Shown: positions 57,355 through 64,000 of the stretch, in pieces
Layout of the letters: each line of letters begins with the position of its first letter
Numbering within the stretch: position 1 is the first letter of the stretch
Source: Flavobacteriales bacterium
GTDB lineage: Bacteria; Bacteroidota; Bacteroidia; Flavobacteriales; UBA7312
Assembly: GCA_016779935.1 (NCBI GenBank)
Contig: JADHMQ010000010.1
Location: forward strand, 3,572 to 67,571
DNA: 64,000 nucleotides
Direction: 5' to 3'
Notes under the pieces: generated by a model
Told to the model about the DNA's origin: nothing
What the model saw: only the letters and a program-made list of their open reading frames with translations
Databases searched by the model: none
Position numbers and translations under genes: made by a program

Positions 57355-57381
57355 GCCTCGTCTTTCTACGGGGCATTTTTT
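57355..57381 (+). terminator. Plus-sense hairpin + T6 immediately 3' of the CRISPR-like array (overlaps HIRAN stop codon)
   Basis: GCCTCG-TCTTTCTA-CGGGGC, a 6-bp stem with one G-U pair, followed by ATTTTTT. There is no A-run on the other side, so it is unidirectional in plus sense. Confidence 0.55.
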
Positions 57382-57706
57382 ATTCCTCCTTATCCAAAAT
57401 TCTCACACACAATTCTATCCGTTCGTTCATGGGTCTGTCATCATAAATACTTTCTATAAGCACTTGATAAGGGTTCCAGCCCGCTTTCAAAATCTTTGCC
57501 ATATGCCTGTTCTCTCCTCTTGGAATATAACCCAACTTGGCGTCTTTCCATTTTACCGCCAAAGCATGCCTGTCGAACTTATTATCGAGTTCGGGCTCAA
57601 TGCTCAATTCCAAGCCTGTTTTTAAATCGCTCCAAACTTCTAGAGCATCATAGTATTGTAGTCCAGCTATGTGGCAAGTCATCAAGTAGGTTTTTTTGGC
57701 TTTCAT
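57380..57706 (-). CDS. Stand-alone HIRAN-domain protein
   Basis: 108 aa with HIAGLQYYDA, SIEPELDNKFDRHALAV and KLGYIPRGENRHMAKIL, which match the HIRAN consensus (GlqyY...EP.N.yD.nAi.V....lGyiPr). Confidence 0.8.
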   Translation of the reverse strand: MKAKKTYLMTCHIAGLQYYDALEVWSDLKTGLELSIEPELDNKFDRHALAVKWKDAKLGYIPRGENRHMAKILKAGWNPYQVLIESIYDDRPMNERIELCVRILDKEE

Positions 57707-57859
57707 CTTCTTTAAAATTAATTTAATACACTAGTTATGCCCCAAGGCGTAGTCAAACCATTTCATAAATTATATTGTAAAGGGGGATCGGCTTTAATAA
57801 ATCGTAGAGCTCAAATGTAAACAATCTCAAATAAAAACTCAACTTTTCAATCATTATAT

Positions 57860-57867
57860 TATATTTG
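57860..57867 (+). promoter_or_regulatory. -7 box TATATTTG upstream of dnaX
   Basis: Exact TAnnTTTG, 19 nt upstream of ATG 57886. Confidence 0.4.
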
Positions 57868-57885
57868 TTTTCGCAAAAATTATTG

Positions 57886-59637
57886 ATGGAAAATTTTGTT
57901 GTCTCGGCTCGTAAATACCGTCCTTCTACTTTTGATACAGTAGTAGGTCAGCAGTCCATTACAAACACTCTAAAGAATGCCATTAAGAACAATCATTTAG
58001 CACAAGCCTTTTTGTTCTGCGGACCTAGAGGCGTTGGTAAAACCTCTTGTGCCAGAATACTCGCCAAGACCATCAATTGCATGAACCTCACTGAAAACAT
58101 TGAGGCTTGTGATAATTGTGACTCTTGTAATGGCTTTAACGACAGTCATTCGTTCAATATTCACGAATTGGATGCTGCCTCAAACAATGGGGTGGATAAA
58201 ATCAGAGAACTAGTCGACCAAGTGCGCTTTGCCCCTCAAGTTGGGAAATACAATATTTACATTATTGATGAGGTGCACATGCTTTCACAAGCTGCCTTCA
58301 ATGCCTTCCTAAAAACATTGGAAGAGCCACCGGCTCATGCCCTATTCATACTAGCAACTACCGAAAAGCATAAGATAATTCCTACCATTTTGTCCCGTTG
58401 TCAAATCTTTGATTTCAAAAGAATTCAAATTGAGGACATCGCCAATCATTTAGCCTATGTCGCTAAAAGTGAAGGAATAACGGCCGAAGAAGAAGCCTTG
58501 CATACCATCGCCCAAAAGGCTGACGGTGCCTTAAGAGATGCTCTTTCTATCTTCGATCAAATCATTAGTTTTTGCGGTAATAATTTGACATACAAAGACG
58601 TTATAGCCAACCTAAACATTCTGGACTATGACTACTACTTTAAAGCGACTGATGCTCTTGCCAACAACGATATTCCTAGCTCACTGAATTTATTCAATGA
58701 TATTCTGAACAGTGGTTTTGATGGACATCACTTTATCAATGGATTAGGCATGCACTTCCGAAATCTATTGGTCGCTAAAGACCCTTCTACCCTTAGTCTG
58801 TTGGAAGAAGGTGAAAACGTTAAAAAACGATATCTAGAGCAAAGTCAAAATTGGAAACAAGAATACCTTTTGAAAGGCTTAGAGCTTTGTAATAAGGTAG
58901 ATTTGAGCTATAAACTCAGCAAAAATCAACGTCTACTTATAGAAATAACCCTAATGCAATTGTGCAGCATTGACTCTCTTTCAAGTTCTACTGAAAAAAA
59001 AACTTTCGTAGTAAAAAAACAGACTGAAAAACAGCCTAAATCAGAGGAAAAAAAGGCCAAAGAGCAAGGAGAAAAAACTGCCGAAGCTGTTTCTAAACCC
59101 ATTGCAAAAGAAGAAATAGTTATTGAAAAGGACGATAAAAAATCCATTAAAATTGTCAATTTCAAAGACACTATTGAAAAGAAGACCATTTCAATAAAAA
59201 TTAACAAAAACGAAAGTGAAGAAAAGGAAAACGTTGAGGAACAAAAGGTTTTAAACCAAAGAGAAACACCTTTCACTCTTTCTGATTTAGAAACCGTTTG
59301 GACTGAATATAGCACTCTCAAACAGAAGGAAGGAAAACATAATTTATTTTCTATATTGAATGAAAAGAAGTTCAAAGTAGAAGAAAATTATAACATTACC
59401 TTAACCGTCGACAATAAAGTACAAGAAGAAGTGTTAATCGAAGAGAAAACAAACTTGGTTTACTTCTTAAAAAACAAACTAAAGAACGACATATTATCAC
59501 TAAAAATTGACGTCAAACAATTGGAACAAAAAGAATTAACGGCTTATACCGATGAAGATAAGTTCAAAAAAATGGCAGAAAAAAAACCAATACTATTAGA
59601 ATTAAAAAACCAATTTAATCTTGAACTAGATTATTAA
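57886..59637 (+). CDS. dnaX: DNA polymerase III subunits gamma/tau
   Basis: ARKYRPSTFDTVVGQ, GPRGVGKTS and a zinc module C..C..C. IIDEVHMLS is also present, and the tau tail is Lys/Glu-rich. The ORF-track start 57865 is the TTG of a TATATTTG box, so ATG 57886 (MENFVVS) is preferred. Confidence 0.95.
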   Translation: MENFVVSARKYRPSTFDTVVGQQSITNTLKNAIKNNHLAQAFLFCGPRGVGKTSCARILAKTINCMNLTENIEACDNCDSCNGFNDSHSFNIHELDAASNNGVDKIRELVDQVRFAPQVGKYNIYIIDEVHMLSQAAFNAFLKTLEEPPAHALFILATTEKHKIIPTILSRCQIFDFKRIQIEDIANHLAYVAKSEGITAEEEALHTIAQKADGALRDALSIFDQIISFCGNNLTYKDVIANLNILDYDYYFKATDALANNDIPSSLNLFNDILNSGFDGHHFINGLGMHFRNLLVAKDPSTLSLLEEGENVKKRYLEQSQNWKQEYLLKGLELCNKVDLSYKLSKNQRLLIEITLMQLCSIDSLSSSTEKKTFVVKKQTEKQPKSEEKKAKEQGEKTAEAVSKPIAKEEIVIEKDDKKSIKIVNFKDTIEKKTISIKINKNESEEKENVEEQKVLNQRETPFTLSDLETVWTEYSTLKQKEGKHNLFSILNEKKFKVEENYNITLTVDNKVQEEVLIEEKTNLVYFLKNKLKNDILSLKIDVKQLEQKELTAYTDEDKFKKMAEKKPILLELKNQFNLELDY

Positions 59638-59650
59638 TTAATTGACAACT

Positions 59651-62572
59651 ATGAAAACTAAACTAACATTTATCCTCATTCTACTTGCACTAGGGTGGAT
59701 AGTATTTAACGTAACACAGGACATGAGTAAAATTGAAAATAAATACGAAACCGTTAAGAATGACCCAATGAAGTCTAGACTCTATACTTTAGATAATGGA
59801 CTTAAAGTTTACTTGAGCGTTTACAAAGATGCACCAAGAGTACAAACTTATATTGCCGTAAGAGCAGGTAGTAAAAATGACCCTGCTGACGCTACAGGTC
59901 TGGCTCATTACCTAGAGCACATGCTGTTTAAAGGCACAGACAAGTACGGTTCGTTGGATTATTCTAAAGAAGCTCCTATGCTTGAAAAAATAGAAGAGCT
60001 ATACGAAGAGTACCGACAAATTGATATGACAGATACTGTCAATAGAGACAGGGTTTGGGGGCAAATAGATTCTATTTCTGGAGAGGCTGCTAAATTTGCT
60101 ATTGCCAACGAATACGATAAAATGATTTCTAGTGTAGGGGCTAAAGGAACAAATGCCTACACCTCTGCCGAAGCGACAGTTTATCTAAATGATATTCCAT
60201 CTAATCAACTTGAAAAGTGGTTAGACATAGAAGCTGAGCGTTTCCGCATGCCTGTTTTCCGTCTATTCCACACTGAATTAGAGGCGGTGTACGAAGAAAA
60301 AAACATAGGCATGGATACAGACGGGCGTAAAATGTTCGAAGCCCTTCTTTCTGGACTATTCAAAAACCACACTTATGGCACACAGACTACCATCGGAACA
60401 GTTGAACACTTGAAAAACCCTTCAATCAAAGAAATTAGAAAGTACTTCAACAAAAATTATGTTCCAAATAATATGGCAATATGTATGTCAGGAGATTTTG
60501 ACCCCGATTCAGTTATCACATGGATAAATGAAAAGTTTGGTTCATTCGAGAGAAAAGAAGACCCCGAATTTATTCCTGGTATAGAAGAGCCTATAACTGA
60601 GCCAATAGTCAAAGACGTTTATGGCCCTGATGCTGAACGTTTATACTTAGGCTACCGCTTCCCAGGCTCTAAAGATAAAGACACCAAAGTCATGAAAATT
60701 ATAGACATGATTTTGAGCAACAGCCAAGCGGGCCTTATTGACCTAAACCTCAACCAAGAACAAAAGGTATTACAAGCAAGCTGTTTCCCATACATACTAA
60801 CTGATTACAGTACACATATTATTTACGGCTCACCAAAACAAGGGCAATCGCTTGATGAATTAAAAGACCTATTACTTTTAGAGATTGAAAAGGTTAAGAG
60901 TGGAGATTTCCCAGATTGGTTAATCCCTGCTATCATCAGTGATATGAAACTCTCAAAAATAAAAACCTATGAAAGTAACTCATCAAGAGCGGACGAATTT
61001 GTAAAAGCCTTTATTCAAAATATAGAATGGGAAGACTACATTAATGAAATGGACGTTCTCGAAAGTATTACTAAAGAAGAGGTAGTTGAAGTGGCCAACA
61101 AATACTACAACGACAATTATGTGTTGGTAAGAAAAAACCTTGGTGAAGATAAGAGTGTTATTAAAGTTGCTAAACCAGCCATTACACCTGTTGAAGTAAA
61201 CAGAGACGCTCAGTCAGACTTCTTAAAAGCCATCACTGAGGCTGAATTAAACGAAATTGAGCCTGAGTTCTTAAATTACGAAGACGATATTCAGCAAACA
61301 GATATCGGCGTTCCATTTATCCACAAGCAAAACACAGAAAATAGCCGTTTTAAACTATATTACATCAGCGACAGAGGAAATAACCACGATAAAAAGCTAA
61401 GCATGGCTATCGAGTACTTCAATTATTTAGGAACAGAAGATATTTCTCCCGCTCAGAAAAAAGAAGAATTCTACAAACTTGGTTGTGAAGTTTCCGTAAA
61501 TAGCCAAAACGAACAAAGCTATATTTCACTTTCCGGACTAGACGATAATTTCGAGGCTTCAGTAGGACTATTTGAAAAACTATTATCTGAAGTTGTCGCC
61601 GACGAAGAAGCTCTTGAAAACCTTAAAATGGATGTACTCAAGAAAAGAGCCGACGCAAAATTAAATAAGCGTACCATACTATATAGCGGAATGAATAATT
61701 ACGCCAAATATGGACCAAACAACCCATTTACTAATAATCTGTCTGATGCTGAAATAATGGCAATATCATCTGATGAGTTGATTGATATTATTCGAAACAT
61801 GACGTCGTATGAGCACAGAATATTGTATTATGGACCAAAATCTTTAGAAGACGCTTCTGCATCTGTTCAGAGTTTACACCCTTTAAAAGATAACCTAAAT
61901 CCTATAACAGAAATCAATGATTTTACTGAACTAGACATCAATAAAACATCAGTTTATGTTGTTGATTATGACATGAAACAAGCCGAAATACTAATGGTTT
62001 CAAAAGGTGAAACATTCAACAAAGAAAATATGCCTTTAATAAAGTTACACAATGAGTATTTCGGGGGAAGCATGGGAAGTATTGTATTCCAAACCTTGAG
62101 AGAATCAAAAGCCTTAGCCTATTCGGTGTACAGCACATACAGCTCGCCAAGAGAAATGGACAAATCGCATTATGTAATGGCATACATTGGCACTCAAGCC
62201 GATAAGCTTAAAGAAGCGATGATTGGTATGAATGAGTTACTAGATGAGCTTCCTGAAGTTGAAGCAAATCTTGAAAATGCTAAGGATGCAGTCGTTCAGA
62301 AAATACGTACTGAAAGAATTACTAAAGATAGAGTTCTGTTTAACTATGAAGCAGCTAAGCGATTGGGCTATGACTATGATTCAAGAAAAGACATCTATGA
62401 CTCTATAGAGCAATTCGACATGTCTGATCTTACAGATTTTCATAATAACTATATGAGTGGAAAGGATTACACCATATTAGTACTTGGAAATAAAGAAGAC
62501 TTAGACCTGAAAGCGCTTAAAGAGTATGGCGAAGTAAAATTTCTAACTTTAGAAGATGTTTTCGGATACTAA
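59651..62572 (+). CDS. M16-family (insulinase/pitrilysin-like) zinc metallopeptidase, two-half single chain
   Basis: The inverted zinc motif HYLEHMLF (HxxEH) follows a signal/anchor sequence. The ~973-aa length corresponds to fused active and inactive M16 halves. Confidence 0.88.
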   Translation: MKTKLTFILILLALGWIVFNVTQDMSKIENKYETVKNDPMKSRLYTLDNGLKVYLSVYKDAPRVQTYIAVRAGSKNDPADATGLAHYLEHMLFKGTDKYGSLDYSKEAPMLEKIEELYEEYRQIDMTDTVNRDRVWGQIDSISGEAAKFAIANEYDKMISSVGAKGTNAYTSAEATVYLNDIPSNQLEKWLDIEAERFRMPVFRLFHTELEAVYEEKNIGMDTDGRKMFEALLSGLFKNHTYGTQTTIGTVEHLKNPSIKEIRKYFNKNYVPNNMAICMSGDFDPDSVITWINEKFGSFERKEDPEFIPGIEEPITEPIVKDVYGPDAERLYLGYRFPGSKDKDTKVMKIIDMILSNSQAGLIDLNLNQEQKVLQASCFPYILTDYSTHIIYGSPKQGQSLDELKDLLLLEIEKVKSGDFPDWLIPAIISDMKLSKIKTYESNSSRADEFVKAFIQNIEWEDYINEMDVLESITKEEVVEVANKYYNDNYVLVRKNLGEDKSVIKVAKPAITPVEVNRDAQSDFLKAITEAELNEIEPEFLNYEDDIQQTDIGVPFIHKQNTENSRFKLYYISDRGNNHDKKLSMAIEYFNYLGTEDISPAQKKEEFYKLGCEVSVNSQNEQSYISLSGLDDNFEASVGLFEKLLSEVVADEEALENLKMDVLKKRADAKLNKRTILYSGMNNYAKYGPNNPFTNNLSDAEIMAISSDELIDIIRNMTSYEHRILYYGPKSLEDASASVQSLHPLKDNLNPITEINDFTELDINKTSVYVVDYDMKQAEILMVSKGETFNKENMPLIKLHNEYFGGSMGSIVFQTLRESKALAYSVYSTYSSPREMDKSHYVMAYIGTQADKLKEAMIGMNELLDELPEVEANLENAKDAVVQKIRTERITKDRVLFNYEAAKRLGYDYDSRKDIYDSIEQFDMSDLTDFHNNYMSGKDYTILVLGNKEDLDLKALKEYGEVKFLTLEDVFGY

Positions 62573-62576
62573 ATAG

Positions 62577-62584
62577 TACATTTG
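62577..62584 (+). promoter_or_regulatory. -7 box TACATTTG upstream of icd
   Basis: Exact TAnnTTTG, 28 nt upstream of ATG 62612. Confidence 0.45.
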
Positions 62585-62611
62585 CAAACTTATAATTTGA
62601 ATAAAAAAATC

Positions 62612-63838
62612 ATGAGCAAAATCAAAGTAGATAATCCAGTAGTTGAATTGGACGGAGATGAAATGACAAGAATCATTTGGAAGTTTATTAAAGATAAATT
62701 AATCCTTCCATATCTTGATTTAGATATTAAATATTACGATTTAGGCATGGAAAGCCGTGATAATACTGATGACCAAATCACTATTGATGCTGCTAATGCT
62801 ATCAAAGAATATAAGGTAGGAATTAAATGTGCTACAATTACTCCAGATGAACAACGTGTAGAAGAATTCGGATTGAAAAAAATGTGGCGTTCGCCAAACG
62901 GAACTATCAGAAATATTGTTGGTGGTACTGTTTTCAGAGAGCCTATCATCTGCAAAAATGTTCCTAGACTTGTTCCAAACTGGACACAACCTATTTGTAT
63001 TGGACGTCATGCATTTGGAGACCAATACAAAGCTACAGATACTGTTATCAAAGGAAATGGCAAATTAACTATGACCTTTACCCCTGAAAATGGCGAGGAA
63101 GTATCTTGGGAAGTTTATCAATTTGAGGGACAAGGTGGTGTAGCAATGAGTATGTACAACACTGATGAATCTATTTATGGCTTTGCACGTTCTTGTTTCA
63201 ACCAAGCGCTTTCAAAAGGATGGCCATTATACCTTTCTACAAAAAACACTATTCTTAAAGCTTATGACGGACGCTTTAAAGATATTTTTGAAGAAGTATA
63301 TCAAAATGAATTTAAAGCTGACTTTGATAAGGCTGGAATCATTTACGAACACCGTTTAATTGACGACATGGTTGCCTCAGCACTAAAATGGAATGGTGCT
63401 TTTGTATGGGCATGTAAAAACTACGACGGCGATGTTCAATCAGATACAGTTGCTCAAGGATTTGGATCATTAGGTCTAATGACTTCAACACTTGTAACTC
63501 CTGAAGGTGATGTTATGGAAGCTGAAGCGGCTCACGGAACTGTTACACGTCACTATAGACAACACCAACAGGGTAAGAAAACCTCAACTAATCCAATTGC
63601 TTCTATTTTCGCATGGACAAGAGGGTTAGCTTTCAGAGGGAAACTTGACAACAACCAAGCACTAATTGATTTCTGTCAAACTTTAGAAGACGTTTGTGTT
63701 GAAACGGTAGAAAGCGGTACGATGACTAAAGATTTAGCACTTTGTATTCACGGAAAAGACCTTAACGAAAGTCATTACGTTGTTACGGAAGACTTCCTAG
63801 ACGCTTTAGATAAAGGATTGAAAATAAAAATGGCTTAA
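62612..63838 (+). CDS. icd: NADP-dependent isocitrate dehydrogenase (eukaryote-like type)
   Basis: [38 protein letters not shown], and [18 protein letters not shown] box at 62577-62584 supports ATG 62612. Confidence 0.95.
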   Translation: MSKIKVDNPVVELDGDEMTRIIWKFIKDKLILPYLDLDIKYYDLGMESRDNTDDQITIDAANAIKEYKVGIKCATITPDEQRVEEFGLKKMWRSPNGTIRNIVGGTVFREPIICKNVPRLVPNWTQPICIGRHAFGDQYKATDTVIKGNGKLTMTFTPENGEEVSWEVYQFEGQGGVAMSMYNTDESIYGFARSCFNQALSKGWPLYLSTKNTILKAYDGRFKDIFEEVYQNEFKADFDKAGIIYEHRLIDDMVASALKWNGAFVWACKNYDGDVQSDTVAQGFGSLGLMTSTLVTPEGDVMEAEAAHGTVTRHYRQHQQGKKTSTNPIASIFAWTRGLAFRGKLDNNQALIDFCQTLEDVCVETVESGTMTKDLALCIHGKDLNESHYVVTEDFLDALDKGLKIKMA

Positions 63839-63856
63839 TAGCCATTTTTATTTTTC
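63825..63856 (+). terminator. Intrinsic terminator of icd
   Basis: AAAAATGGC-TTAATA-GCCATTTTT hairpin that includes the stop codon, followed by ATTTTT. Confidence 0.7.
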
Positions 63857-63902
63857 GTCTTAAACACCTACTTTTATAGGATAAATAAATTACCTTATAA
63901 CT

Positions 63903-64000
63903 ATGAAAAAATTAATACTACTCTTTGTAGTCGTTTACTCTTTGTTTTCGACCTCAAAAGCACAGCAAGCAGGTGACACAATCGTCATAGAGTCCTTCAA
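63903..64000 (+). CDS. Secreted protein, N-terminal fragment (runs off window)
   Basis: ATG 63903 gives MKKLILLFVVVYSLFSTSKAQQAGDTIVIESF, a signal peptide. Only 32 codons are visible. Confidence 0.45.
   Translation, partial: MKKLILLFVVVYSLFSTSKAQQAGDTIVIESF

Noticed and set aside
57707-57864. SRP (4.5S/ffs) RNA upstream of dnaX, as in some Firmicutes
   Set aside because: The interval lacks the conserved GGUGCUGUU...GGAAGCAGCC-type domain IV motif and has no extended GC-rich helix. It is more simply the divergent promoter region of the HIRAN gene and dnaX.
58926-59375. 149-aa ORF antisense to the dnaX tau linker
   Set aside because: It arises because the Lys/Glu-rich (AAA/GAA) sense sequence gives Phe/Ser-rich stop-free antisense frames. 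Its composition is not protein-like.

Overview
This is an AT-rich chromosomal segment that reads like core genome of a Bacteroidota (Flavobacteriia-type) organism. Supporting signs are T9SS C-terminal sorting domains, a TonB-dependent receptor with a CarboxypepD_reg-like N-terminus, TAnnTTTG -7 promoter boxes upstream of many genes, a eukaryote-like NADP-IDH and a 755-aa aconitase. I call 54 protein-coding genes. Most are housekeeping: tig-clpP-clpX, thyA/folA/folK, pyrG, yidC, purB, dnaX, holA, rpsF-rpsR-rplI, pdhB, etfBA, hppA, acn and icd. I see no rRNA or tRNA, and no integrase, transposase or prophage genes. Five things are not routine. (1) An orphan mini CRISPR-like array sits at 57161-57346, with two perfect 36-nt repeats, one 30-nt spacer, one degenerate repeat and a truncated repeat stub. 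No cas gene occurs anywhere in the 64 kb, and the array abuts a stand-alone HIRAN-domain gene. (2) A tandem trio of signal-peptide proteins (23548-26837) shares conserved tail-fibre-like N- and C-terminal modules. Their central galactose-binding-like domains are swapped or absent, and they carry 222-bp near-identical 3' blocks that suggest gene conversion. (3) There are three domain-fusion oddities: a membrane pyrophosphatase with a 124-aa C-terminal extension, a CNT nucleoside transporter with an N-terminal lipocalin-like domain, and a T9SS cargo protein with an intact CGPC thioredoxin motif. (4) thyA, a saccharopine-dehydrogenase-like gene and folA form a translationally coupled operon. (5) dnaX contains an A9 run at the domain III/tau boundary with stop codons close by in both alternative frames. 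Several ORF-track starts are over-extended (TTG/GTG codons lying inside promoter boxes) and I corrected them. All family assignments come from reading the translated motifs. No database search was possible.
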